Origin: an uncultured Candidatus Binatia bacterium
Lineage (GTDB): Bacteria; Desulfobacterota; Binatia; Bin18
Assembly: GCA_965200965.1 (NCBI GenBank)
Contig: OZ241744.1
Location: 2,400,001 to 2,464,000 of the forward strand
Direction: 5' to 3'
Length of the DNA: 64,000 bases
Part shown: positions 1-9,770 of the stretch, piece by piece
Numbering within the stretch: position 1 is the stretch's first letter
Layout of the letters: each line of letters opens with the position of its first letter
Program-made: the position numbers and the translations under genes
The notes under the pieces: model-generated
What the model was told of the DNA's origin: nothing
The model's database searches: none
Seen by the model: the letters and a program-made list of their open reading frames with translations, nothing else

Positions 1-1056
1 GTGCGGCGCGTCTGCGAGCAACTCAAAACCGATGCGCGCATTGTCGATTGGGAGGCCAGCCTGTTCTACGCAGAGCACCAGACGCTCTATCTGGCCGAAG
101 GCGGACAGACCCGACAGTGCCTGCGCTCTGTCGTTCCGATGCTGAGCGCCACCGCCAATGCCGGCTCAGACACCCAGATTCGGACCTTTGGCGGCCACGG
201 CTTCTGCCGCCAGGGCGGCCTCGAAGTCCTGGACCAGACCGGATTCCAGGCTGCCGCCCCCCGGATTGCCGACGAGGCCCTGCAACTGCTGGCCGCCCCC
301 AACTGTCCACAGGACAGGATGGATGTCCTGCTCGCCCCCGATCAGATGATGCTCCAGATCCACGAATCCATCGGCCATCCCCTGGAATTGGACCGCATTC
401 TGGGCGACGAACGCAACTATGCCGGGACCAGCTTTGTCACCCCGGACATGTTCGGCAGCTACCGCTACGGCTCGGACCTGCTCACAGTCACCTTTGACCC
501 CACCCGGCCCGAAGAGTTTGCCAGCTACGGCTTTGACGATGACGGCCAGCCGGCCCGGCGTGCCTGCCTGATTCGGCACGGCATTCTGCAACGCGGCCTT
601 GGCGGGCTGAGCTCGCAGGCGCGCAGCGGCCTGCCCGGCGTGGCCACCTCCCGCGCCCAGAGCTGGAACCGGCCCCCCATAGACCGCATGGCCAACCTGA
701 ACCTTGAGCCGGGCGAGTCCAGCTTTGCCGAGATGGTCGCCGCGGTCGAACGCGGCATCTACATGCAGACCAACACCTCGTGGTCCATAGACGACTCGCG
801 CAACAAGTTTCAGTTTGGCTGCGAGTGGGGCCGGCTGATTGAAAACGGGCGGCTGACCAGCGTGGTCAAAAACCCGAACTACCGGGGGGTGTCGGCAACC
901 TTCTGGCGCAACCTCACCATGGTCGGCGACCAGCTCCAGGTCCTGGGTACGCCGTACTGCGGCAAGGGCGAGCCAAACCAGACCATCCGTGTCGGCCACG
1001 CCACACCGCCGTGTCTGTTCGGCGATGTCGAAGTCTTTGGGGGTGTGGCCGGCTGA
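1..1056 (+). CDS. tldD: TldD-family metalloprotease (probably 5'-partial)
   Basis: IHESIGHPLELD (HExxxH) motif, PIDRMANLNL, C-terminal YCGKGEPNQ..VGH. Confidence 0.9.
   Translation: MRRVCEQLKTDARIVDWEASLFYAEHQTLYLAEGGQTRQCLRSVVPMLSATANAGSDTQIRTFGGHGFCRQGGLEVLDQTGFQAAAPRIADEALQLLAAPNCPQDRMDVLLAPDQMMLQIHESIGHPLELDRILGDERNYAGTSFVTPDMFGSYRYGSDLLTVTFDPTRPEEFASYGFDDDGQPARRACLIRHGILQRGLGGLSSQARSGLPGVATSRAQSWNRPPIDRMANLNLEPGESSFAEMVAAVERGIYMQTNTSWSIDDSRNKFQFGCEWGRLIENGRLTSVVKNPNYRGVSATFWRNLTMVGDQLQVLGTPYCGKGEPNQTIRVGHATPPCLFGDVEVFGGVAG
919..1045 (+). repeat. 127-bp direct repeat copy 1 (tldD 3' end)
   Basis: Near-identical to 3153..3279 (atggtcggcgaccagctccagg...gaagtct.tgggggtg). Confidence 0.95.
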
Positions 1057-1187
1057 TTGCCGATGTGGTGACGGGCCAGTGCGAGGTGCGGGGGGCGGTG
1101 ACGGGATTGCCTGAGGGAGCGGAAGCGTTTGACGAAATCGTTTCGCCAAGGTAACGCCAGAAAGACCCAAGCGAGCGAAGGGCGACT

Positions 1188-2225
1188 ATGGGGCTGAAAA
1201 GAATAGAACTGGAACATTTTACCGCGTTCTCACGCCTGGAATTGGACCTTTCGCCCGGCGTCAATGTGCTGGTGGGCGCAAACGGCACGGGCAAAACCCA
1301 CCTCATGAAGGTGTGCTACGCCGCGTGCGACAGTACCAGAACAGGCCAATCGTTTGCTGAGAAGCTGGTTAGGGTATTCCTTCCATCAGGGCGCGCCATA
1401 GGACGCTTGGTCAAACGGCAAAAGGTCAGCAACAAAGGAACCATACAGGTCTATCGCAGCGAACTGAGCATGAAGGGCGCACTGCGCCTGAAGGCTGCGT
1501 TCTCGAACCACACAAAAACGCCAGAGCGGGCAACCATCACGAGCGGGCCGTGGGCAGCAGCTCCGCCAATAGAATGCGCCTATATCCCGGTGAAAGAGAT
1601 GCTTGCCCATGGACCCGGGTTCTTGTCGCTGTATGCGGAGCGCGCAATCCACTTTGAAGAGGTCTACGCAGATATTCTGCACCGGGCCTATCGTCCGCCG
1701 CCGCGCGGTCCTGCGGGCACGCTGCGGAAGCGTTTGCTCGCCAAACTGGAAAAGGCTCTTGAGGGCAAGGTCACACACAGGAATGAGGAATTTTTCCTGC
1801 GCAACAAACGGGGCAATTTTGAGTTCACCCTGCTCGCCGAGGGAATGCGTAAGCTCGGGCTGTTGTGGCTGTTGATACAGAACGGCACCTTGCCGAAGGG
1901 CTCCGTTCTGTTCTGGGATGAGCCGGAGACCAACCTGAATCCAAAGCTGATTGGACCTGTGATAGATGTTGTACTGGAGTTGCAACGTGCCGGGGTGCAG
2001 ATATTTCTGGCGACTCACGATTACGTCGTCCTTGAGGAGCTTGACCTCCAAAAAAAGGACAGCGCCAAGGTGGCTTTTCATGCGCTCTACCGGGAAGAAA
2101 CGGGCGACATAGCCTGCAACACAACGGACAGCTATCTTGACATCCACCCGAACACGATTGCAGAAGCGTTCACCGACCTGTACGACCGGGAAATTGAGCG
2201 CAGCCTGAAAGGTGCCACAGGATGA
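1188..2225 (+). CDS. AAA/ABC-type ATPase (AAA_21/AAA_15-like)
   Basis: Walker A GANGTGKT, signature LAEGMRK, Walker B FWDEPE, H-loop ATHD. Confidence 0.85.
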   Translation: MGLKRIELEHFTAFSRLELDLSPGVNVLVGANGTGKTHLMKVCYAACDSTRTGQSFAEKLVRVFLPSGRAIGRLVKRQKVSNKGTIQVYRSELSMKGALRLKAAFSNHTKTPERATITSGPWAAAPPIECAYIPVKEMLAHGPGFLSLYAERAIHFEEVYADILHRAYRPPPRGPAGTLRKRLLAKLEKALEGKVTHRNEEFFLRNKRGNFEFTLLAEGMRKLGLLWLLIQNGTLPKGSVLFWDEPETNLNPKLIGPVIDVVLELQRAGVQIFLATHDYVVLEELDLQKKDSAKVAFHALYREETGDIACNTTDSYLDIHPNTIAEAFTDLYDREIERSLKGATG

Positions 2226-2368
2226 CGGTTCTCACGGAAGGGAAGCTGCAACTTACCATCAGCAACGCAGTTGCCGCGCGAAAGTTTGACGATGCCAGCC
2301 ATAAGCTGAGCCACTGCATGAAGGCCGTGGACTTCGTGGTTGAGCTTTCCGACCGCTATCTGTTTATC
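2222..2368 (+). pseudogene. Truncated partner gene of the ATPase (possible PD-(D/E)XK protein N-terminus)
   Basis: ATGA overlap with the ATPase stop; MTVLTEG..HCMKAVDFVVELSDRYLFI, then unrelated-looking sequence where an ExK motif would be expected. Confidence 0.55.
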
Positions 2369-2702
2369 TTACTGTTTTTGATGCCGCTGAATGCGCCGAG
2401 GAGGTTGGCATGCCGTATACGGACGCGATTGATAAAAGCGCAAATGACTATGGCGTGTTCGTCCGTCTCAGACGCTAGCCCCGTCCAATCGTGAGATTGA
2501 GTGTATTGGCAGAAACCCGTAACCCCGTAAGAGAAAGTGCGGACCTGAACCCCAAAGCGGAGAAGGTCGCCCTGTTTGATATCGTCAAGCTATATGAGGA
2601 CTGCGGGCTTCCCAATGTATACACTCTCGATCGTATGGATAGCAGGGTGAAGAAGCTGTTTGAGGTGTTCGGTTTGCGCACGAAGCTGTGGGGGGATCGG
2701 GT

Positions 2703-3035
2703 ATGAAGAGGGATATGGAACTCGTCAGGAAGATTCTGCTGAACCTGGAGGATCATGGCACGGCTTACGGATTTGAGGGCCCTCATCCTACGGATGAGGA
2801 GGTCGATTACCATCTGTGCCTCATGGAGGAGGGAGGGATCGTTCATTGTAATTACCGTGCGATGGGTGGATCGTCCTTTCGTCTTACATGGGAAGGCCAC
2901 GAATTCCTGGATGCGGCGAGAGACGAATCGAGATGGACCGAGGCGAAGAGAAAGGTGGGGCAGCGGCTCGAACTAATTCCCTTTGATATCCTCAAAAGCC
3001 TCTTGCTCGATCTGATCAAGAGATCAATTGGCTAG
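2703..3035 (+). CDS. DUF2513-like (YjcQ-like) protein
   Basis: MKRDMELVRKILL..YHL.LM..G..RLTWEGHEFLDAAR pattern. Confidence 0.8.
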   Translation: MKRDMELVRKILLNLEDHGTAYGFEGPHPTDEEVDYHLCLMEEGGIVHCNYRAMGGSSFRLTWEGHEFLDAARDESRWTEAKRKVGQRLELIPFDILKSLLLDLIKRSIG

Positions 3036-3050
3036 CTCGCAGGGAAAAGG

Positions 3051-3094
3051 AAAAGAAGCCCCGCCCCGTCTTTTGATGGAGTGGGACTTTTCTT
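3051..3094. terminator. Imperfect hairpin, possible intrinsic terminator
   Basis: aagaagccccgccccgtc-tttt-gatggagtgggacttttctt after the DUF2513 gene. Confidence 0.35.
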
Positions 3095-3152
3095 GTTAAA
3101 GCGGAAAAGCAATCGCAAGATTGACCGTATATGGTGAAAAATTAGCGTGAAA

Positions 3153-3279
3153 ATGGTCGGCGACCAGCTCCAGGTCCCGGGTACGCCGTACTGCGGCAAG
3201 GGCGAGCCAAACCAGATCATCCGCGTTGGCCACGCCACACCGCCGTGCCTGTTCGTCGATGTCGAAGTCTGTGGGGGTG
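3153..3279 (+). repeat. 127-bp direct repeat copy 2 (displaced, decaying tldD 3' end)
   Basis: Matches 919..1045 with a few substitutions; followed by a TGATG overlap with the tldE start. Confidence 0.95.
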
Positions 3280-3286
3280 CTTCGTG

Positions 3287-4612
3287 ATGCAGGAGTATTT
3301 TGCCGAAATCGCCGACACTCTCGGCTCGCTGCTCAGCGGGACCGAAATTTACACCTGTAGCTTCGCGGCTGAGGACTCGGACTTTGTCCGCCTCAACCAT
3401 AACGCCATCCGCCAAGCCGGCAGCGTGAGCCAGCGCACGCTGGCGTGCGAACTGATCGAGGGCCGGCGTCATGCCTCGGGCGAGCTCACGCTGTCCGGCG
3501 ACCTGGCCCGTGACCGCCCCCGGCTGGCCAGTTGTATTGCACACCTGCGCGAGCAGTTGCCCTATCTGCCCGAAGACCCGCATCTCCTGTACGCCACCGA
3601 GGTGCAGTCCAGTGAACGCCTGGGCGAGAACCACCTGCCCGAAGACAGCGGGGCGATTGTCTCCGCGGTCATCGAGGCCGGCCGCGGGCACGACCTGGTC
3701 GGCCTGTATGCCGCCGGCGGCATCTACCGCGGGTTTGCCAACTCGCTTGGGCAGCGCAACTGGTTTTCAACCTATCCCTGTAACCTGGACTGGAGCCTGT
3801 ATGTTGAGGCCGACAAAGCGGTCAAGAGCCGCTACGCCGGTTGTGTGTGGGACCAGACCGGGTTCAGCCACAAGATGGCCGCGGCCAAGGCGCAGCTGGC
3901 CGGCCTGTCCAGGCCGGCGCGGACAATTGAGCCGGGCGAGTACCGGGTCTATCTGGCTCCGACTGCCCTGGCTGAGATTATCGCCCTGCTGTCGTGGTCT
4001 GGTTTTGGCCTCAAAGACCACCGCACCAAGCACACCAGCCTGCTCAAAATGGCTGAGGAGGGCTTGAGGCTCAGCCCCCAGGTTACGCTCCGGGAAAACA
4101 CCGCCGCGGGGGTAGCGGCCAATTTTCAGGCCGCCGGCTTTCTCAAACCCGATCAAGTGACGCTGATCCGGGCCGGTGCCCTTGGCGAGTGCCTGGTCTC
4201 GCCCCGTTCGGCCCAAGAGTACGGCGTGCCAGGCAACGGGGCCTCGGACTGGGAAATGCCGGCGTCCCTGGACCTGGCCGCCGGCACCCTCCCGGAACGT
4301 GAGGTCCTGCGGAGGCTGGATACCGGCGTGTACATCACCAACCTGTGGTATCTCAACTACTCAGACCGCAGCGCGTGTCGCATGACCGGCATGACCCGCT
4401 TTGCCACCTTGTGGGTCGAACACGGCGAGATACAGGCCCCGCTCAATGTCATGCGCTTTGACGACAGCCTGTACCGGCTGTTGGGCGACAATCTGCTCGG
4501 GCTCACCGCGGAGCGCGATGTTCTGCTTGATCCCAGCACCTATCACGCCCGCTCAACCGACAGCTTCCGGGGGCCAGGCGCACTCATCGAAGGGTTCCGC
4601 TTCACCCTGTGA
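3287..4612 (+). CDS. TldE/PmbA-family protein
   Basis: DFVRLNHN, YITNLWYLNYSD, TGMTRFATLWVE.G motifs; start at MQEYF. Confidence 0.85.
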   Translation: MQEYFAEIADTLGSLLSGTEIYTCSFAAEDSDFVRLNHNAIRQAGSVSQRTLACELIEGRRHASGELTLSGDLARDRPRLASCIAHLREQLPYLPEDPHLLYATEVQSSERLGENHLPEDSGAIVSAVIEAGRGHDLVGLYAAGGIYRGFANSLGQRNWFSTYPCNLDWSLYVEADKAVKSRYAGCVWDQTGFSHKMAAAKAQLAGLSRPARTIEPGEYRVYLAPTALAEIIALLSWSGFGLKDHRTKHTSLLKMAEEGLRLSPQVTLRENTAAGVAANFQAAGFLKPDQVTLIRAGALGECLVSPRSAQEYGVPGNGASDWEMPASLDLAAGTLPEREVLRRLDTGVYITNLWYLNYSDRSACRMTGMTRFATLWVEHGEIQAPLNVMRFDDSLYRLLGDNLLGLTAERDVLLDPSTYHARSTDSFRGPGALIEGFRFTL

Positions 4613-4874
4613 CAGGTGGACGGATGAATACAGTATGTCCCTCGGAGGCTCTCAGCAGTGATGCTCCTTCCCGTGAGATTTCGCGGAGACGGGAGACAGG
4701 ATTTCGGTAGGAGAAACGCATGGCCAGTATCAAGCTCCTCAATCAAACCTAACGGTACTTGAGGCACTGGATAACATTGAGACATTCGTTGACCTGCGCC
4801 TCACGCGGCTTGTGCCCGAGCCCATTGCTCACCCGACCGCCTTTATCATGGCAGAATTCCACGGATTTATTCAC

Positions 4875-6430
4875 ATAGGCTGCTCCTTGCAAATCCTCCT
4901 GGAAGAAGCAAGCATGCCTGCATTATGAAATGGGAAGAATTCTCTCGGTGGTTTAATCGAGATTTTTGGAGAGCCTTCAAAAATAGTACTATCCCGATCA
5001 AAATTCCTCAAAAGCATGAGGACAAAGAGGCTAAAGTACGAGAGGTTTTCGAATCCGTACAGTCTTCCCGTTATGCCGTATCCATCCCTGAAACCGAGAT
5101 TGTGGATGACAAAGGGTATGGTGTCGCCCGCACTATTCCCGTTTTCTGCATCGAAGATTACATCGTTTATTACTTTTGTATAAAAGAACTCGAGGACATC
5201 ATTTCGGGGAACCATGCCGAGAACACCTTTGGGGGTTGGACACTTGGGGGAAAACTTCGGAGACAAGAAAATTGGGAGATTGAGAGCGATATGGGCTTCT
5301 CAGGCGCTCGCTATTCGTTCAATCCACGGGCTTGGACGGTGGCCTTCGGTGAATTCAATTCGCTCCTCTTCTCGCAACTTGAAACGGGCGCTTACACTCA
5401 CGTTTTACAGTTTGATCTCTCAAACTTTTATGACTGTATACGCCTCGACATTCTGGAACGGTTGATCCGAGAAGACAGCCAACCCGATAAAGGATGGATA
5501 ATCGCGCTCTTGTTCTACTTCCTCAATCAGTAGAACCGTCGAAACACGGGTCTTCACCCCCAAGGCGTCGGCATCCCCCAAGACGCTTTGGCCGATTGCT
5601 CACGTCTGCTGGCAAATTACTATCTCCAGAGATACGACAAGTTCGCCAATCGTATTTGCTCGGAAGTAGGCGCGAATTACTTTCGCTATGCTGACGATCA
5701 AATGCTCCTCCTCAACGACACAAAGCGCATTGAAGAATTGATGCTGCTACTCACTCGTAAGCTAGACCAGTACGGTTTGAGAGTGAACCAGAAGAAAGTT
5801 ATTCTGTGGAAGGTTGAGGACCTCAAACGGAACCGTTGCCAGGATATCCAATCGATTTTCGCAAAGCCGGGCGACAAAAAAGACCCAAAGCTCGTGCGTA
5901 GATTCGTTGAGGCCTATCTGAAGCTGTCCGACAAACAACTCGCGGATACCTGGAATGCAGGTTTGCCGCTCCTGAATCGCCTTCTCTGGGCAAAACTCGA
6001 ATCATTGCCCCCAAGGCCGTTCAATAGAATCCTCGCCCGCTACACTAAAGAACGCTATCTCCTCCAGGCGGATCAGAGCAAACTTGTCCGGGTACACGAA
6101 TTGAACCAGAGACGGAAGAGACCGCCCGATCTCGAACGGCGTCTCACCGATCTCGGCAGAGTGAAGGTCCATAACAGCTTTCACTATGAATGTCTGGGGT
6201 TCGCGCGCGCGACCAAAAACCGATCGCTGGAAAAGATTTTCTACAATCGCCTCAAAGAGATAAAAAAGTTGATGGAATCAAAACGCCTTTCGTCTTAGCT
6301 TTCCTGCCTCGCGTCAGGTCTGCCATTTGGATTTGATTATAGCAGGAGTATGCCCTTGAGCGTTTTTCGCTTGATGATATCCTCTCACGCAGGGCCTACA
6401 CCTGAGCAGGGAAGACATGGAGCAGCCTAT
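4875..6430. repeat. 12-bp inverted repeats flanking the RT gene
   Basis: ataggctgctcc at 4875..4886 and ggagcagcctat at 6419..6430. Confidence 0.7.
4925..6298 (+). pseudogene. UG/Abi-like reverse transcriptase with in-frame TAG at 5531..5533
   Basis: ORFs 4925..5533 and 5588..6298 share a frame; FDLSNFYD, GIPQD...SRLLANYYL, YFRYADD, GLRVNQKK RT motifs; lower GC than flanks. Confidence 0.9.
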
Positions 6431-6549
6431 CTAAAGTTAAACTGCAAGCGCTGACACACGAAGCCTATGTGCCGCATGGCACGCTGCTCGCTATGAGCAA
6501 ACGCGACGGCAGGCTGAGTGAACTGGAGCGGTGATGACAGCGGCCCGGC

Positions 6550-8265
6550 TCAGGCGGTGAAGAAGGCCAGGACGGTCCAGCAGACCGCGGCCAGACCGGC
6601 GGCTACCGAAGCCTGCGGAATCTGGGTTTTGACGTGATCCATCAGGTCGCAGCCGGTACACATGGCGCTCAGCACCGTCGTGTCTGATATGGGCGAGCAC
6701 TGGTCGCCGTATACGCTGCCATCCATCACCGCGGCAAAACACAGGGTCAGAAACAGCTCGGGGTGGGCCAGCTCATGCGCCCCGGCAATTGACCAGGCGA
6801 GCGGCATGGCCAGCGGAAAGGCGACCGCGTAGGTGCCCCAGCTTGTGCCGGTGGAAAAGGCGATAATCATGGTCAGGAGCTGGAGCAGGACCGGCAGCAG
6901 GAAATAGGGGATGCTCTGGCCGAGCAGCTCAACCAGAAAGACCGCGCCGCCGGTCTGGGTGTTGACCCCGCCGATGGTGATGGCCAGCAGCAGGATGACC
7001 GAGCCGAGCACCACGCCCCTGATGCCGTCGTGAAAGCCGGCCATGAGTTCCTTGAGCGCCATGCCCTTGGCCAGGGCCATGCCCGTCGCCAGGAGCAGGG
7101 CCGCGCCAAAGGCCCAATGCACATTGGGCGCGCCGGTGACGGCAAAGGTGCCAACGGCGATGCCGATCAGCGCGCCGAGGGGCAGGAAGAACTCCAGGAC
7201 GTGCGGCGTGTAGCCGGCCGGCACATGGCTGGTCTGCAATTCCTTGGCGCTCAGCGGCTCGGCCCGGTCAGCGTCGAGCTGGCCGGTGGTCCGGGCACGT
7301 TGCATGGCCGCGGCCAGGCCCGTGCCGAGGAACAGGGGCTTTTCGATGCTGAGCAGAAAGGTGCTGAGGACGGCGAAAATGGCGTAGAAACAGAAGGGGA
7401 CGCTCTGGAAGAAGAAGCTGATGCGGTCCGCCTCGGTCGCCAGAAAGCTGACCCCGGAGACAAAGATGAAGGCCTGCACATAGCCCGGCCAGGCGTTGAA
7501 GGCGAGCTGCGAGGCGATGGGTGAGGCGGTCGAATCGACGATGTAGGCCAGTTCTTCGTGGCTGACCTTTTCTGTGTCGGCAATCGGCTTGACGGTGGTA
7601 CCGACCAGGACGGTGCTCATTGTGCCGCCCTGAAAGAAGATCACCCCCAGCATCCAGGCCACCAGCTTGGCGGTCTTGGGACCGCGCACAAAGCGCCTGG
7701 TCATATACTCGGCAAACGCCTGGGCTGCGCCGGTGCGCGACCAGATGCCCATCAGCCCGCCGAGCAGCCACAGGTAGAGCAGCAGGATGCCGGCTACATT
7801 GGTCGTGGCCAGGGCAGGAATCAGGACTTGGCCGGTCAGGTCGTACTGGCCCAGAATCAGCGCCCCGGAGATGATCCCGCCCAGCAGCGCGGTCACGGGT
7901 TCTCTGGTGAGCCAGCACAGGAGGACGGCAACCACCGCCGGCAGCAGGGACCAGGAGCCCCAATGATACTGGGCGGTCAACTGGGAATAGACCGTGGCCT
8001 GGCCATCGCGCCTCACCGACACAAACTCCTGCGTGACCGCCGGCGCGACGCGCGCGCCCTCCAGCCGGGCCGGGTTAAGCTGCGCCTGGTCAAGAGGCGT
8101 GGCCTCAAAATAGACCGGCTCGCCCCGGGCGATGTAATACAGATGTCCGTCGCTGTCGGTGTGGACATCCAACACGGTCTCGGTCACGCTCCAGGTCGGC
8201 GGCACGGTCAGCCCCACGATCCAGGACACCAGCAGGGCGACGGAAAAAAGCGTGAAGTTGAGCAT
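6550..8265 (-). CDS. NhaC-family Na+/H+ antiporter-like transporter
   Basis: Many TM segments; [39 protein letters not shown] motifs. Confidence 0.9.
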   Translation of the reverse strand: MLNFTLFSVALLVSWIVGLTVPPTWSVTETVLDVHTDSDGHLYYIARGEPVYFEATPLDQAQLNPARLEGARVAPAVTQEFVSVRRDGQATVYSQLTAQYHWGSWSLLPAVVAVLLCWLTREPVTALLGGIISGALILGQYDLTGQVLIPALATTNVAGILLLYLWLLGGLMGIWSRTGAAQAFAEYMTRRFVRGPKTAKLVAWMLGVIFFQGGTMSTVLVGTTVKPIADTEKVSHEELAYIVDSTASPIASQLAFNAWPGYVQAFIFVSGVSFLATEADRISFFFQSVPFCFYAIFAVLSTFLLSIEKPLFLGTGLAAAMQRARTTGQLDADRAEPLSAKELQTSHVPAGYTPHVLEFFLPLGALIGIAVGTFAVTGAPNVHWAFGAALLLATGMALAKGMALKELMAGFHDGIRGVVLGSVILLLAITIGGVNTQTGGAVFLVELLGQSIPYFLLPVLLQLLTMIIAFSTGTSWGTYAVAFPLAMPLAWSIAGAHELAHPELFLTLCFAAVMDGSVYGDQCSPISDTTVLSAMCTGCDLMDHVKTQIPQASVAAGLAAVCWTVLAFFTA

Positions 8266-8285
8266 AGGTGACTCGATCCCTGGCC

Positions 8286-8440
8286 TGAAAGACCATCTCC
8301 AACTGGGTGATCAGATTGTCGCGGTCGCGCAGAAAGCCGATGCCGTTGAACTGCCCGTTGATGGAGTTGTACTGGAGGGCCAGCCGAAAGGGGTCGCGGG
8401 TCAGGATGACCCCCGGCTGTACCAGCCACGCGCCCTGCCA
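8286..8440 (-). pseudogene. C-terminal fragment of a probable outer-membrane beta-barrel gene
   Basis: Start-less frame reads [39 protein letters not shown], an amphipathic barrel-like end (DUF1302-like). Confidence 0.35.
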
Positions 8441-8452
8441 GTCGTAGAAGAA

Positions 8453-8815
8453 CTACGCCTCCACCATCGGCACATCGTCAACCACAAACGTGACACAACC
8501 GGACAGGTCGAGAAAGCGCTGTTCGTCAGGTCGGATGACTTCCAGATAGCGAGGCTCGGTAAAGGCGGCCTGCATCTGCTCAACACTCTCGAACCACAGT
8601 TCGGCAATTCCGTCGTAGGGTGGAGTGGTCTGGGGCGGGAATAATGCGGCCAAATCCTGCACGGTATGGAACTGGACATAGCGGCGCAGATGGCGGCTGA
8701 ACCCGGTCACGCTTTTGACCAGGGGGCCGTGGGTGTCTTTCCAGTAGCGATGAAAGGCTTCCTCCGACATGCCGGGCTTGCGGCGTAAACAGGCCATGAG
8801 TTTCACCATCTTCAT
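8453..8815 (-). CDS. EthD-family protein
   Basis: RRKPGMSEEAFHRYW..HGPLV, YDGIAELWF, PDEQRFLD. Confidence 0.9.
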   Translation of the reverse strand: MKMVKLMACLRRKPGMSEEAFHRYWKDTHGPLVKSVTGFSRHLRRYVQFHTVQDLAALFPPQTTPPYDGIAELWFESVEQMQAAFTEPRYLEVIRPDEQRFLDLSGCVTFVVDDVPMVEA

Positions 8816-9049
8816 ATCTCCTTCTGATCTGAGTTCCGGCCCGTCGGCACAATCCCGGACGCGCCACACCCCCGGCTCAATCCGGAACGTCGCCCCGGAA
8901 CGTCGCCCACCTCTTCAGGTTTGAGGTTTTTTCGCAGAGGGGGGCAGCTCCCCGCACAGGCTGGAATGTGTCATCAGGAGTGTGTATTGTCAACGCGCGT
9001 CTCTGCGGGGCGGGCGGCAGCCTCGGATGCGCTTGCTGGGGGCTGGGGA

Positions 9050-9185
9050 CCAAGGCTGCCTTTCAACACCCACAGACGGCACGCGGGACATCTCCCACGG
9101 CCAGTATATGCTGACCTATGCTCACCCGGCGGAAGAATGGCGCGTCATCAGCAGGCACTTTGCGCCCCTGCCCGGCCTGCAATAG
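9050..9185 (+). pseudogene. NTF2/SnoaL-like C-terminal fragment
   Basis: HGQYMLTY..EEWRVISRHFAPLP ending without a plausible N-terminus. Confidence 0.35.
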
Positions 9186-9206
9186 CGTCCCGGTGGGGGG
9201 GTGTTC

Positions 9207-9770
9207 ATGGCAAGTCTGTCCTATCTGTCTCCCAAGACTGCGGTCCGGGACAGCCCCATTCACGGCCGGGGGCTGTTTGCCGCCGAGCCGATCAGGAAAG
9301 GCGAAATTGTGGCCGTCAAGGGCGGCTCCATCTTTCGCCGGCAAACCCGCGACGCGCTGGAAAAAACCATAGGGGCGGCTGAGATTCCGATTGCTGAGGA
9401 TATGTATATCGGCCCGCTGTCGGCAGAAGAGCGCGAAGGCAGCATGATTTTCAGCAATCATTCATGTGAGCCGAACATTGGCGTCCAGGGCCAGATTATC
9501 TTTGTTGCCATGCGCGATGTTGCCGCGGGTGAGGAGCTGACCCACGACTGGGCTATGACCGACGACGAACCGGACACGCTGGAGTGCTGCTGTGGGGCGG
9601 CCAGCTGTCGCAGAATTGTCACCGGTCGGGACTGGCGGCGCAAAGACCTGCAAGACAAATACGCGGGCTATATGTCGTGGTATCTGCTTGAAAAGATCAA
9701 ACGCCAGGCCCGGAATGATGCAAGCCCTAAACCAAACGAAAGGAGAACGACAAATGAAGAAAGCAGGTGA
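9207..9770 (+). CDS. SET-domain protein with post-SET cysteines
   Basis: SPIHGRGLFA, NHSCEPN, GEELTHDW, CCCGAASCR. Confidence 0.9.
   Translation: MASLSYLSPKTAVRDSPIHGRGLFAAEPIRKGEIVAVKGGSIFRRQTRDALEKTIGAAEIPIAEDMYIGPLSAEEREGSMIFSNHSCEPNIGVQGQIIFVAMRDVAAGEELTHDWAMTDDEPDTLECCCGAASCRRIVTGRDWRRKDLQDKYAGYMSWYLLEKIKRQARNDASPKPNERRTTNEESR

Noticed and set aside
8882-8908. Short tandem ccggaacgtcgcc(c) duplication upstream of the EthD gene
   Set aside because: Two short copies only; probably a slippage or deletion scar.
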